From NCBI GenBank assembly GCA_977020255.1, contig CDROCS010001674.1, forward strand, positions 1 to 64,000: 64,000 bases of DNA, read 5' to 3'. The notes under the pieces are model-generated. The model was not told where the DNA came from. It saw only the letters and a list, made by a program, of their open reading frames with translations, and did no database searches. The stretch is from Obrimoposthia wandeli. Taxonomy: Eukaryota. Each line of letters begins with the position of its first letter. The first letter of the stretch is position 1. Made by a program: the position numbers and the translations under genes. This document shows, piece after piece, positions 12,131 to 23,334 of the stretch.

Positions 12131-13525
12131 ATGTTGAAGATCTATAACTCACTGACAAAACAGAAAGAGGAATTCAAACCCATTCAGCCTGGTAAAGTAG
12201 GCATGTATGTCTGTGGGGTAACCATTTACGATTTATGTCACATTGGGCATGGTCGTACATTTGTGTCTTTCGATGTTGTTTCTCGTTACCTACGATACTC
12301 TGGTTACGATTTAACGTTTGTTCGAAATATTACGGATATCGATGACAAAATCATCAAGCGAGCGGCTGAAAATGGCGAAAGCTGTGATTCATTAACCGCG
12401 CGTTTAATTGGTGAAATGCATAAAGACTTTGATGCTTTAGGCATGAAGCGTCCTGATATTGAACCGCGTGCAACAGAATTTATCGCTGAAATTATTATCA
12501 TGTGCGAACGCTTAATTGAGCGCGGCTTTGCATACGTGGCGAGCAACGGCGATGTTATGTTCGAAGTAAGCAAGTTTGAAGAGTATGGTCGCTTATCTAA
12601 GCAAGATTTAGATCAACTTCAAGCGGGCGCTCGTGTTGATATTGATATGGCTAAGCGTAGCCCTCTTGATTTCGTATTGTGGAAAATGTCTAAACCTGGT
12701 GAGCCTACTTGGGAATCACCGTGGGGTGCTGGCCGTCCGGGTTGGCATATCGAATGTTCAGCAATGAACTCTGCGATTTTAGGTGACCATTTCGATATTC
12801 ACGGTGGTGGTTCAGATTTACAATTCCCGCATCACGAAAACGAAATAGCACAATCATGTTGTGCAACGGGTTCGCAGTATGTGAACACATGGATGCACAG
12901 TGGCATGGTAATGATCGATCGTGAAAAGATGTCTAAATCATTAGGTAACTTTTTCACTATTCGTGATGTACTCGGTCATTATGACTCAGAGAGTGTGCGT
13001 TACTTCTTGATGTCTGGTCATTACCGTAGCCAATTGAACTACAGTGAAGATAACCTTAAGCAAGCTCGTTCAGCACTAGAGCGTTTATATACGTCATTAC
13101 GTGGTTTGGATTTGACTGCGCAAGCAGAAGGCGGCGAAGAGTTTGTTACGCGCTTTACTGCTTCAATGAATGATGACTTTAATACGCCTGAAGCGTATTC
13201 CGTATTATTTGATATTGCACGTGAAATCAATCGCCTAAAAGCAGATGAAACAGTTGCCGACAACATTGTGCAAGCATCTGCATTGGGTGCGCGTTTACGT
13301 GAGTTGGCTGATATACTAGGTTTATTATCGCAAGACCCAGAAGCTTTCCTTCAAGGTGGTGCTGGTCAAGATGATGTGGCTGAAATTGAAAGTTTAGTTC
13401 AACAACGTCTTGATGCTCGTGCTGCAAAAGACTGGGCTGCTGCCGACTCTGCTCGTGATAAGTTACTTGCCATGAAGATCATTTTAGAAGATGGTCCGCA
13501 AGGAACAACGTGGCGCCGCAAGTAA
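12131..13525 (+). CDS. cysS: Cysteine-tRNA ligase
   Basis: HIGH, KMSKS and [10 protein letters not shown]. Confidence 0.99.
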   Translation: MLKIYNSLTKQKEEFKPIQPGKVGMYVCGVTIYDLCHIGHGRTFVSFDVVSRYLRYSGYDLTFVRNITDIDDKIIKRAAENGESCDSLTARLIGEMHKDFDALGMKRPDIEPRATEFIAEIIIMCERLIERGFAYVASNGDVMFEVSKFEEYGRLSKQDLDQLQAGARVDIDMAKRSPLDFVLWKMSKPGEPTWESPWGAGRPGWHIECSAMNSAILGDHFDIHGGGSDLQFPHHENEIAQSCCATGSQYVNTWMHSGMVMIDREKMSKSLGNFFTIRDVLGHYDSESVRYFLMSGHYRSQLNYSEDNLKQARSALERLYTSLRGLDLTAQAEGGEEFVTRFTASMNDDFNTPEAYSVLFDIAREINRLKADETVADNIVQASALGARLRELADILGLLSQDPEAFLQGGAGQDDVAEIESLVQQRLDARAAKDWAAADSARDKLLAMKIILEDGPQGTTWRRK

Positions 13526-13602
13526 GTGTAGATTGTCAGTTTACACACTCTGTAAGTAATAGTGTGTAAACGTACGCTAATGATGATTTCGCAGCAGAAT
13601 TG

Positions 13603-13632
13603 AAAACCGAAGTATTAACTTCGGTTTTTTTT
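13603..13632 (+). terminator. cysS intrinsic terminator
   Basis: AAAACCGAAGT-ATTA-ACTTCGGTTTT followed by a long T-run. Confidence 0.85.
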
Positions 13633-13789
13633 TGTCTTTTTTTTTATTTTCATCGCTGTTTTTATTGTTGTTTTTGATAAACGGAAGATAAAGGCGATCA
13701 TGAAAAAACAGGATGGAAAAATATAGGCGCACTTTTTTTCATCAAAAAGAGATTTTGATTATGGATCCGGTGTCACCATTCGAAGTCTA

Positions 13790-13809
13790 TATGTTCGATT
13801 TCGAGCGAA
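13790..13809. promoter_or_regulatory. Putative GlpR operator
   Basis: TATGTTCGAT-TTCGAGCGAA. The left half matches the GlpR half-site WATGTTCGWT exactly and the right half is degenerate; it lies upstream of glpQ. Confidence 0.45.
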
Positions 13810-13948
13810 ATTGATCACAGTTAGTATAATGAGTCGAAGCTAAATAGAAAGAAATCTTTATTATTCTTTTCGTGGTTTATCTTACTCATACTTGTTTCCC
13901 CCTTTTAATATCATGAAGGGTAAGTATTGATTATTAAGGAAAATAATA

Positions 13949-15031
13949 ATGAAAAAGCTATGGCTTACCGCTGCTGTTAGTAGCACCTTACTTATGTCCC
14001 CATTTTTTGCTCACTCAGCTTCTGAAACAGATAAAGTCGTTGTTGCCCACCGTGGCGCATCGGGGTATCTGCCTGAACACACCTTGGCTGCAAAGGCGAT
14101 GGCATATGCTATGAAGCCAGATTATATTGAACAAGATGTTGTTATGACAAAAGACGATAAACTTGTGGTGCTTCATGATCATTATCTTGATCGTGTTACT
14201 AATGTCGCGCAAAAGTTTCCAGACCGAGCACGTACAGATGGTCGATATTACGCGATAGACTTTACTCTTGCTGAAATTAAGCAGTTGAGTGTAACCGAAG
14301 GGTTTAATGTAGACAAAAACGGTAAACAAGTTCAAGGTTTCCCTGAACGCTACCCAATCTGGAAGTCTGATTTTAAAGTCCCGACTTTTGAAGAAGAAAT
14401 TGAAATGATCCAAGGTTTAAACAAATCGTTGGGTTATGGCATTGGTATCTACCCTGAAATTAAAGCGCCTTGGTTTCACCGTCATGAAGGCAAAGATATC
14501 AGTAAAGCGGTACTAAAAGTGCTGAAAGAGTATGGATATACCGATAAAGACAGCAATGTGTACCTGCAAACGTTCGATTTTAATGAACTAAAGCGTATTC
14601 ATGACAAATTGATGCCAGCCATGAATATGGATCTTAAATTAATACAATTAATGGCGTACACCGATTGGAATGAAACCATGGTGTATGACAAGAAAGGCAA
14701 TTCACAGCCTTACAGCTATGATTGGATGTTTGAAAAAGAAGGGATGAAGCAAGTTGCGAAATATGCTGATGGTATCGGACCATGGAAACCAATGGTTGTA
14801 TCAGACAAATCCTCTAAAGGTAACATTCAATTAACAGGGTTGGTTAAAGCAGCGCATGCTGAAGGCATGAAAGTACACCCGTACACATTCCGCGCAGACC
14901 AAGGAAGAATTCCAACGTATGCCAATAACTTTGATGATATGTTAGATATTTTCTATAACACAGCCAATGTTGATGGTGTATTCACTGATTTTCCAGATAA
15001 AGCCGTTAATTATCTCGCGACAGAAAAGTAA
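13949..15031 (+). CDS. glpQ: Periplasmic glycerophosphodiester phosphodiesterase GlpQ
   Basis: Signal peptide, VAHRGASGYLPEHT, IEQDVV, YPEIK and GVFTDFP. Confidence 0.95.
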   Translation: MKKLWLTAAVSSTLLMSPFFAHSASETDKVVVAHRGASGYLPEHTLAAKAMAYAMKPDYIEQDVVMTKDDKLVVLHDHYLDRVTNVAQKFPDRARTDGRYYAIDFTLAEIKQLSVTEGFNVDKNGKQVQGFPERYPIWKSDFKVPTFEEEIEMIQGLNKSLGYGIGIYPEIKAPWFHRHEGKDISKAVLKVLKEYGYTDKDSNVYLQTFDFNELKRIHDKLMPAMNMDLKLIQLMAYTDWNETMVYDKKGNSQPYSYDWMFEKEGMKQVAKYADGIGPWKPMVVSDKSSKGNIQLTGLVKAAHAEGMKVHPYTFRADQGRIPTYANNFDDMLDIFYNTANVDGVFTDFPDKAVNYLATEK

Positions 15032-15245
15032 GAAAAAATACATTTGTTTTGATACAAACTGAAAGCTCAGTTTAGTTAACATTTAACGTGAAAATTGGTA
15101 TAAAAAAACAAAAAAGACAATGTTGCCTCTGTGTTTTAGTAACCGTAGGCACCTTGTCTTTTTTTATGTTGCGCTTGTGTTGATTCAACTCTATTTAATT
15201 TTAGCTGTGAAATAAATAAAGACAAACAAATGTGTAACATACACG

Positions 15246-16070
15246 TCATAGATGTTCCGGCAGTTTCGTACCACATTTTTTACAGTATTCCGCATCTGTT
15301 TCATGACCGCTGGTGGCACAGTTTGGACAGCGAATAAACTCGCGGTGCGTTTTCATTTCTTGGCTGAGTTCCGCTGTAATGATGCCTGTAGGTACCGCAA
15401 GGATTGAATAACCTAATAGCATGGTAAGAGAGGCCAGCGCCTTCCCCATAAAGGTGTGCGGGATCATGTCACCATACCCTACGGTGGTTATGGTCACGAT
15501 TGCCCAGTAGATACTCTGTGGAATGCTGGTGAAACCATTGTCGGGTCCTTCGATAACAAACATCAACGAACCAAATACTATCACTAGAATGAGTACTGAA
15601 CTAAAAAAGACGAATATCTTACGTTGTGCTTGTCTTAAAGAACGTAGCAAGATGTTGGAATCTCGTAGATAACGCGCCAATTTAAGTATTCGGAATATTC
15701 GCAATACTCTTATAAGGCGAATAATCAGTAGGTAATTAGAGCCGGGTATGAAAAAGGCAACATAGGCCGGAATAATTGCAAGTAAATCTATGATGCCGTA
15801 AAAACTACGGGCATAAGCAACAGGCTTAGGAGAGCAATACAATCGAGTAATATATTCAATTGTAAATAGTATAGTAAACAGCCACTCTGCATATAATAAC
15901 GTTTCAGGAAAACGTGTTTCTACTGCTGAGACTGACGATAAAATGAGTATGGCTTCAGAGCTTAATATCGCAATGATTAAGGCTATATCGAAGTTTTGAC
16001 CAGCTCGCGTACTAGTACCAAAAATGACTTGATATATCTTTTGTCGTTGAGTAAGTGTGGCCATGGTCAT
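15246..16070 (-). CDS. 6-TM potassium channel with C-terminal Zn-ribbon
   Basis: TVGYGD selectivity filter, S4-like RLIRVLRIFRILK and CxxC...CxxC tail. Confidence 0.9.
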   Translation of the reverse strand: MTMATLTQRQKIYQVIFGTSTRAGQNFDIALIIAILSSEAILILSSVSAVETRFPETLLYAEWLFTILFTIEYITRLYCSPKPVAYARSFYGIIDLLAIIPAYVAFFIPGSNYLLIIRLIRVLRIFRILKLARYLRDSNILLRSLRQAQRKIFVFFSSVLILVIVFGSLMFVIEGPDNGFTSIPQSIYWAIVTITTVGYGDMIPHTFMGKALASLTMLLGYSILAVPTGIITAELSQEMKTHREFIRCPNCATSGHETDAEYCKKCGTKLPEHL

Positions 16071-16251
16071 TCTTCACTAAGCGTTAAAAAAATGATGTTT
16101 TATGACGAAAGGCTATTTAGCGCCCACGATAAGGCATCATTAAAAGGGAAGGGTTATTATAGTATAATGAATAAGTTAAAATTCACCAGATACAAAAAGG
16201 GCTACGTTAATCGATAGCCCTTTTAGAATCAAGCCTGTACTGCACTAACTA

Positions 16252-16890
16252 TTAACTTAAGCCAGGGAGCAGTGCTCTTAAGCCTGTCGCAATAAACTCA
16301 ATGCCTAAAGCCGCTAATATTAAGCCCATAATACGGGTAATAACGTTGATGCCTGTTTGACCTAAGAAGCGGACAATAATGGGTGCTGCTCTAAATAATA
16401 GCCAACAACAGAATGCAAACGCGATAATCGTAGCTGCTATACCAAGCGTATTAGGGATTCCAGGAAAGCGAGATCCGTATACTATTGTTGAACTAATCGC
16501 ACCAGGGCCAGCCATTAGAGGCATGGCGAGAGGGACGACACCAATCTGCTCTCGGCTAGCGGATTCTGATTTCTCTTGCTTGTTCTGTTTATCTTCACCG
16601 AGCTTACCGCTCATCATTGAGAAGGCTATTGTGAGTAATAATAGGCCGCCAGCTACCCGAAAAGAATCAAGTGAAATACCGAACATATCAAGTAGAAATT
16701 GACCCACAAGTAGAGACACGGTCAAAATAACGGTAACAGCAATGTTAGCAGTAAATGCAGTTTTGTTTCTTTCTTCGGGGCCCATGTGAGCCGTTAACGT
16801 AACGAAAATAGGCATGATGCCGATAGGGTTTACCGCCGCAATTAAACCGACGAAAAATTGTAAGAAAATGACGAATTCTAGTGACTGCAT
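16252..16890 (-). CDS. ychE: YchE / MarC-family membrane protein
   Basis: VNPIG, FRVAGG, VPLAMPLMAGPGAIS and TRIMGL; divergent from adhE as in enterobacteria. Confidence 0.9.
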   Translation of the reverse strand: MQSLEFVIFLQFFVGLIAAVNPIGIMPIFVTLTAHMGPEERNKTAFTANIAVTVILTVSLLVGQFLLDMFGISLDSFRVAGGLLLLTIAFSMMSGKLGEDKQNKQEKSESASREQIGVVPLAMPLMAGPGAISSTIVYGSRFPGIPNTLGIAATIIAFAFCCWLLFRAAPIIVRFLGQTGINVITRIMGLILAALGIEFIATGLRALLPGLS

Positions 16891-17452
16891 TGTTTGACCA
16901 TCAGACAAACGTTAATAAAAAAGAAGCGAACTTCTTGCTCATGATTGGTACTTATATTCCCTGTGCATATTTATTAAATTTGGCTTAATAATAGCTAATT
17001 GAAGACATAAGAAAAGAGGGGTAGGAAATGAGTCATTATTTTCTAATGGTGACATACCGAGTCCTTGCCAATAGCAATATTTTAAGCTAAATAAGGCAAA
17101 TCTACCAATTGAAAATTGTTATTTATAGCAATAAACATGGTTATGATTTTCTTCGTTGTTAATAAGCTGTAAATGCAAAGCAAGCTGTATTACTCTTGAT
17201 GGGCAATAAATGTGCTAGTGGGTATGAAACAAAGTTTAATCGATTAGCGGTTAAAAACGTGATTATTGTCACAACTGATAACGTTTTTTACATATTGTGT
17301 AAAAAAATTACGTAATATTTCCGCGTGTTTTAAAGGTTTATTTTATTTCACTTACCTTAAAAGTGGTTACAGGTCGTATATTTGGCTGTAAGTTGTTGAT
17401 TAAATCTTTTTGAGATCAAATTTTGACAATTTTTACTCCTTTTGGATTACAA

Positions 17453-17494
17453 GTGATCTAAATCAAATTAATTCGGGGTGTGAAATTTTATAAT
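17453..17494 (+). promoter_or_regulatory. Class II FNR-type promoter of adhE
   Basis: GTGAT-CTAA-ATCAA (17453-17466, one mismatch to TTGAT-N4-ATCAA) and TATAAT at 17489-17494. This geometry puts the box at about -41.5. Confidence 0.7.
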
Positions 17495-17626
17495 CAGTTT
17501 TGAAAGCAATTTACTAAGTATGTGTGTTGCGGGATTGTAGAAATTATAAATTTCCATCCAGCCGCCTTAAAGGATTTAAGACGTATTCTTACTAAAGAAT
17601 TTTCAATATTAAGTTAGGAGTTAACT

Positions 17627-20326
17627 ATGCCTGTTACAAATATGGCTGAACTAGATGCAATGGTTGCCCGCGTAAAAGTTGCTCAACAAGAGTTTGCAAC
17701 GTTCTCTCAAGAACAAGTTGATAAAATCTTCCGCGCTGCTTCTCTAGCTGCGAACAACGCACGTATTCCTCTAGCTCAACAAGCTGTAGCTGAGTCTGGT
17801 ATGGGTATTGTTGAAGATAAGGTTATCAAAAACCACTTCGCTTCAGAATTTATCTACAACAAATACAAAGACGAAAAAACGTGCGGTATTTTGGAAGAGA
17901 ACGAAGAGTTCGGCACCATGACTATCGCAGAACCAGTAGGTATCATTTGCGGTATCGTACCAACTACGAACCCAACATCTACTGCAATCTTCAAATCTCT
18001 TATCTCTCTTAAAACACGTAACGCAATTATCTTCTCGCCACACCCACGTGCTAAAAACTCAACGAACGATGCTGCTAAATTAGTGCTTGATGCTGCTGTT
18101 GCTGCTGGTGCTCCAAAAGACATCATTGGTTGGATTGACCAACCTTCAGTTGAACTTTCAAATGCATTGATGAAGCATGACGACATTAACCTTATTCTTG
18201 CGACTGGCGGTCCAGGTATGGTTAAAGCGGCTTATTCTTCAGGTAAACCAGCTATCGGTGTTGGTGCAGGTAACGTACCTGTAGTTATTGATGAAACTGC
18301 TGATATTAAGCGTGCTGTAGCATCTGTGCTTATGTCTAAGACATTCGATAACGGTGTTGTATGTGCTTCTGAGCAAGCAGTTATCGTTATGGATGAAGTT
18401 TACGACGAAGTTAAAGCACGTTTTGCTTCTCACAACGGTTATGTACTGTCTAAAGCTGAAGCTGATAAAGTACGTAAAATCTTGCTTATCAACGGTAACC
18501 TAAACGCAGATATCGTCGGCCAGCCAGCAACGAAAATTGCTGAAATGGCAGGTATTACTGTTCCTGCTGATACTAAGATTCTTATCGGCGAAGGCGATGA
18601 AGTTAAGTACGAAGACGAATTCGCACACGAAAAACTATCTCCAACGTTAGGTATGTTCCGCGCATCTTCTTTTGAAAATGCAGTAGAGCAAGCTTGTACT
18701 ATGGTTGATATCGGCGGTATCGGTCACACATCTGGTCTATATACTAATCAAGATGTAAATAAAGATCGTATCAAGTACTTCGGCGACAAGATGAAGACTG
18801 CACGTATTCTTGTGAACATCCCGACTACTCACGGTGGTATCGGTGATCTTTACAACTTTAACGTTGCACCTTCTCTAACTCTTGGTTGTGGTTCATGGGG
18901 TGGTAACTCTATCTCTGAGAACGTAGGTCCTAAGCACCTAATCAACAAGAAAACTGTAGCGAAGCGAGCTGAGAACATGTTGTGGCATAAACTACCTAAG
19001 TCAATTTACTTCCGTCGTGGTAGCCTTGCTATCGCAATGAGCGATCTTGAAGACAAGAAACGTGCATTCCTAGTTACTGACCGTTTCTTATTCAACAACG
19101 GTTATGCTGATGATGTAGTTAAACTACTTAAAGCACAAGGTATTGAAGTTCAAACTTTCTTTGATGTAGAAGCGGATCCAACGCTATCTATTGTTGAGAA
19201 AGGCGCTGAAGCAATGAAGAGCTTCCAGCCTGACGTAATCATCGCGCTTGGTGGTGGTTCTCCGATGGATGCTGCGAAGATCATGTGGGTTATGTACGAG
19301 CACCCAGAAACTCACTTTGAAGAACTAGCAATGCGCTTTATGGATATCCGTAAGCGTATTTACAAGTTCCCTAAAATGGGTAAAAAAGCTGAGCTAGTAT
19401 GTATCACTACTACATCTGGTACGGGTTCTGAAGTAACACCTTTCGCTGTTGTTACAGACGATAAAACGGGTGCTAAGTACCCACTAGCTGATTACGAATT
19501 AACACCTCAAATGGCTATCGTTGATGCGAACTTAGTAATGAATATGCCTAAGTCGCTAACAGCATTTGGTGGTTACGATGCAGTAACTCACGCATTAGAA
19601 GCTTACGTTTCTGTTCTTGCGAACGAATACTCTGATGGTCAGGCTCTTCAAGCGCTTAAGATGCTTAAAGAATACCTACCATCAAGCTACGCAAATGGTG
19701 CTGCTGACCCAATCGCTCGTGAGAAAGTGCACAATGCTGCAACTATCGCTGGTATTGCGTTTGCGAATGCTTTCCTAGGTGTGTGTCACTCTATGGCTCA
19801 CAAACTGGGTGCAGAGTTTCACGTACCACACGGTTTAGCTAACGCATTGTTGATTTCTAACACAATTCGTTACAACGCGAACGATAACCCAACTAAGCAA
19901 ACTGCGTTCTCTCAGTACGCAAGCCCACAAGCTCGTCGTCGCTATGCTGAAGTTGCTGATCACTTGAGCCTATCTCAAGCTGGTGACCGTACTGCTCAGA
20001 AGATTGAACGTCTACTTACATGGTTAGAAGAACTGAAAATTGCACTAGATATCCCGCTATCAATTCAAGCTGCTGGTGTTCCAGAAGCTGACTTCCTAGC
20101 GAAACTAGACCAACTATCAATTGAAGCGTTCGATGACCAATGTACTGGTGCTAACCCACGTTACCCTCTTATCAGCGAGCTGAAAGAAGTACTAACGTCT
20201 GCTTACTACGGTACTCCGTACATTGAAGGTGAAACTTTCGAAGGTACGACTGTAATTAAGAAGTCTGAGCCAGTAGTAATCGTTGCTGAAAAAGTGAAAG
20301 TAAAGAAAGAAGCTGCTAAAGCTTAA
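17627..20326 (+). CDS. adhE: Bifunctional acetaldehyde-CoA/alcohol dehydrogenase
   Basis: PTTNPTST, FDNGVVCASEQ, ALGGGSPMDAAK, TTSGTGSE and HSMAHK. Confidence 0.99.
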   Translation: MPVTNMAELDAMVARVKVAQQEFATFSQEQVDKIFRAASLAANNARIPLAQQAVAESGMGIVEDKVIKNHFASEFIYNKYKDEKTCGILEENEEFGTMTIAEPVGIICGIVPTTNPTSTAIFKSLISLKTRNAIIFSPHPRAKNSTNDAAKLVLDAAVAAGAPKDIIGWIDQPSVELSNALMKHDDINLILATGGPGMVKAAYSSGKPAIGVGAGNVPVVIDETADIKRAVASVLMSKTFDNGVVCASEQAVIVMDEVYDEVKARFASHNGYVLSKAEADKVRKILLINGNLNADIVGQPATKIAEMAGITVPADTKILIGEGDEVKYEDEFAHEKLSPTLGMFRASSFENAVEQACTMVDIGGIGHTSGLYTNQDVNKDRIKYFGDKMKTARILVNIPTTHGGIGDLYNFNVAPSLTLGCGSWGGNSISENVGPKHLINKKTVAKRAENMLWHKLPKSIYFRRGSLAIAMSDLEDKKRAFLVTDRFLFNNGYADDVVKLLKAQGIEVQTFFDVEADPTLSIVEKGAEAMKSFQPDVIIALGGGSPMDAAKIMWVMYEHPETHFEELAMRFMDIRKRIYKFPKMGKKAELVCITTTSGTGSEVTPFAVVTDDKTGAKYPLADYELTPQMAIVDANLVMNMPKSLTAFGGYDAVTHALEAYVSVLANEYSDGQALQALKMLKEYLPSSYANGAADPIAREKVHNAATIAGIAFANAFLGVCHSMAHKLGAEFHVPHGLANALLISNTIRYNANDNPTKQTAFSQYASPQARRRYAEVADHLSLSQAGDRTAQKIERLLTWLEELKIALDIPLSIQAAGVPEADFLAKLDQLSIEAFDDQCTGANPRYPLISELKEVLTSAYYGTPYIEGETFEGTTVIKKSEPVVIVAEKVKVKKEAAKA

Positions 20327-20352
20327 TTCTTAAATAGCGAATCATGATTATT

Positions 20353-20379
20353 AAACCCGCCAAATTGGCGGGTTTTTTT
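20353..20379 (+). terminator. adhE terminator
   Basis: AAACCCGCCA-AAT-TGGCGGGTTT followed by a T-run. Confidence 0.88.
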
Positions 20380-20406
20380 ATGGATGATGCTTTTATAGGT
20401 GCTTGC

Positions 20407-21105
20407 TTATCCCACTTCTGCTTCGATCATCCTTCCATTAAAATAATCATTTGCCACAATATACTCAGCACTTCTTACTATTTCATATTGAAGGTGTTGA
20501 TTTAATAAATTACCTTGCGGATTATTTGCTTCGTTGCTGAAGCACATAGGCACAACCCCGCCAACACGAATATTAAACTCAGCAAGCTCTAATGCCCAAC
20601 TCTGTGTTAAACCAGAAATCATCGCTTTTGAACCAGAGGTGATGGTGGTTTGAGTATTAAATTGATGAGCAGCAAGGTTAATAATTAAACCTTTTGTATT
20701 GTTTTTCCGCATGTAGTTAGCGGCTTGCTTACCAAAAATAAAAAAGGTTGTCGCCCCTTTTGTTAGCGAACGGCTGAATTTATCAACGGCCCCATCACTG
20801 AATAAGCTAGGCAGATCCTCTCCTAACCAATAATTGACGAGTATATCGATTGCCCCAAAATGATTGTGTACATCATTGATGATATGCATGATGGTATTTT
20901 CATCTTTACTTATAAGTAAAAACTGTTCGCAGGCACCCCCAATAGCAAGGCATGCCTCATAGGTTTGTTTTAGTGTAGATGGATTAGTGTCAACTAAAGC
21001 AAGTTGTGCACCAAGGGAGGCAAAGTGCATTGAAATTGCTTTTCCCATCGGACTGCCTGCTGCGGTTATTAAAATAACTGAGTTCACAATATCCATTTCC
21101 ATCAT
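20407..21105 (-). CDS. Atypical SDR-family protein (degenerate catalytic motifs)
   Basis: Rossmann-like ILITAAGSPMGKAI, IDILVN and LAEFNIRV. The YxxxK position reads TSGSK. Confidence 0.8.
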   Translation of the reverse strand: MMEMDIVNSVILITAAGSPMGKAISMHFASLGAQLALVDTNPSTLKQTYEACLAIGGACEQFLLISKDENTIMHIINDVHNHFGAIDILVNYWLGEDLPSLFSDGAVDKFSRSLTKGATTFFIFGKQAANYMRKNNTKGLIINLAAHQFNTQTTITSGSKAMISGLTQSWALELAEFNIRVGGVVPMCFSNEANNPQGNLLNQHLQYEIVRSAEYIVANDYFNGRMIEAEVG

Positions 21106-21304
21106 CCAACTTATAAATTATTAACGTTATTTGAATATATTGACGCTTTTCCAATTGTTTGAATGTGAAAAGGCACGCATATAATGAGGGTCTGTTAATA
21201 AATGTTAGTAAAGTGTGAAGATGCTTCCTTTGGGATATATCAAAGCTATGATGACTGTCACGAAATAAATATATATCTAACGAAGGTTGGAAGAGTAGTT
21301 AGTA

Positions 21305-21814
21305 TTATGCTGAATGATACATTTCAGCATAACGCTTTGATTGTATTAATGATAAATACAAATCTTGTGGTGAAGCTTGAATGGTTGCATCTTCCGTTGG
21401 CGGTAATTTACGGCGTTCGTGACCAGAGAGGTTATGATACAACTCTTCGGGCATACCTTTCGTGCCAAGTGGGGGGAAAGTAAGTGCTGTTGGTTTTAAT
21501 TCATGAAGAAATTGTGAGCTACTTAGGCCACCTTTATGAAAAGCATCTGCTTGAGCGGCTGCTCGGCCGTAACAATATTCAGTACTTGTTAGCGGTTGTG
21601 GGTCGGGTAGTTCAAAATATGCGCGTAGATCTGCTTCTGTTTGTTCTGAAGCTGTTGCTGAGTCTACAGGGGTTCTCTCTAGATGGTCCGGTGATAGAAA
21701 AGCCAGCATTAACGCAAAATCAGCACGGCGACCACCTTCAACCGCATGGTTGAGCTGGGTACCAAACTGCACTTCGTTAATTAACTGTGCTTTATCTAAA
21801 GTATGGACTTGCAT
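21305..21814 (-). CDS. Conserved gammaproteobacterial protein (VC2046/SO_2500-like family)
   Basis: E.Q.G..LN.AV..GRRADFALMLA.LS.D pattern recalled for this family; database search not run. Confidence 0.7.
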   Translation of the reverse strand: MQVHTLDKAQLINEVQFGTQLNHAVEGGRRADFALMLAFLSPDHLERTPVDSATASEQTEADLRAYFELPDPQPLTSTEYCYGRAAAQADAFHKGGLSSSQFLHELKPTALTFPPLGTKGMPEELYHNLSGHERRKLPPTEDATIQASPQDLYLSLIQSKRYAEMYHSA

Positions 21815-21887
21815 CGTTATAAAGAGATTCCTTATTAAAGTATCCCTTTATCGGTCTGTAGTAACAGAACTTTAGTCTAAATATTCA

Positions 21888-23081
21888 TTATTTCTGAAAT
21901 GGTTTAATCGAATTTTTTTCTAGTGTAGCAATGGCGACGCTCATGCGGCGTAAGGCTTCAATAAGCGTTTCATGGGTACAGCCAAAGTTTAATCGTACAA
22001 ATTTTGGATCACCAAAATCTGCCCCAGGAGAAAGGCCAATACCTGCCTGCTCAAAAAATTTAAAAGGACTGGCGACAGGTAATGCTGAAGCATCAATCCA
22101 TGCTAAATAGGTGGCTTCAATGTGCTGAAGCGTTAAATAAGGCATGCTGTTGATGGCTGCTGTTAGCGTGGCACGGTTTTGCCGTAAGTAGGCCAGTTGT
22201 TGCTCTAACCATGGTTGACCGCTTTCATAAGCGGCTTGTGCTGCGGTATAGGCCAGCACATTAACATCAGGCACAATGCCCGCACGTACTTTATTGAATT
22301 TATGTCGCAAAGCAGAGTTTGGAATGATAGCCATTGATGCTCCAAGGCCTGCGATATTAAAGGTTTTACTGGGTGCTATTAATGTGACAGACCGTTGCTC
22401 TGCGCTTTTATTTAAACTTGCAAACGGAATATGTTTTACATCCGTATCTAGAATTAAATCGCAATGAATTTCATCAGAACAGACGTATAAGTCATTTTTT
22501 TCAGCGAACGTTAAAAGTTGTTCTAATTCGTTGCGACGGTATACCGTTCCACCCGGATTTAATGGGTTACAGAACAAAAGAAGCTTGGATTCTGGATTGA
22601 CTTCCATTTGTGTAAAGTCGATTAACCAGCGTTTATCCTGTAACGTTACTGGTGCGAATGAAGCAGTACGTTGCGCTAATTTAATGGATGATACAAATGG
22701 AGGGTAAATAGGCTTTGGCGTAATCACACTTTGATGTGTTTCTGTTAGTGACCGTACCGCGAGATTAAGTCCACATACTAGACCGGGTAAAAAGACAATC
22801 CACTCTGGTTGAATATCCCAGTTGTATAACGTTTTCATACGCTCAACCAGTAATTCAGTTAAGCGAGTAGGGGGCTTACCATAGCCAAAAATACCGTGAC
22901 TGATATGTTCTTGCAATGCTTCTGTTATTTCCTCAGGTACTCGAAAATCACTGTCAGCGATCCACATGGGTAAGATATCTGCATGCTGATACTTATCCCA
23001 TTTTATGCTATTGGTTTGTGTGCGATCGACATGCGAGTCAAATAACGCATTAGAGGTAGCAGCTGACATAGTGAATTCCAT
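21888..23081 (-). CDS. PatB/MalY-family PLP-dependent C-S lyase
   Basis: MWIADSDF, LCNP.NPGG, SDEIH and APSKTFNIAG. The start may be at 23069. Confidence 0.92.
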   Translation of the reverse strand: MEFTMSAATSNALFDSHVDRTQTNSIKWDKYQHADILPMWIADSDFRVPEEITEALQEHISHGIFGYGKPPTRLTELLVERMKTLYNWDIQPEWIVFLPGLVCGLNLAVRSLTETHQSVITPKPIYPPFVSSIKLAQRTASFAPVTLQDKRWLIDFTQMEVNPESKLLLFCNPLNPGGTVYRRNELEQLLTFAEKNDLYVCSDEIHCDLILDTDVKHIPFASLNKSAEQRSVTLIAPSKTFNIAGLGASMAIIPNSALRHKFNKVRAGIVPDVNVLAYTAAQAAYESGQPWLEQQLAYLRQNRATLTAAINSMPYLTLQHIEATYLAWIDASALPVASPFKFFEQAGIGLSPGADFGDPKFVRLNFGCTHETLIEALRRMSVAIATLEKNSIKPFQK

Positions 23082-23334
23082 TTGTTTTGAAAGCGAGTTT
23101 AAAATACTTTTATACTACGTTAATCAATTTCAATGTTAATAAATTTCAATTTGGAGTCTCTAGATCCTCAATTTATCTCCTTGCCTAAAAGCATTTTTAC
23201 TCTCGCTGAACGGATCAGATAATTAATGGATTTGGTCTAATATTATTCGCACATTTTTGAGATATAAAAAAACCCCAGATACTCTCTGAGGCTTAGATAT
23301 TACTCTTAACGTAGATTTAGCTTATCGTGTTTGA

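Noticed and set aside
19915-19930. Odd residues at usually conserved positions (AdhE YASPQ, CmoB QMHNV, MoaC GHNRKG)
   Set aside because: Single substitutions cannot be separated from sequencing error in an assembly with evident low-quality patches.
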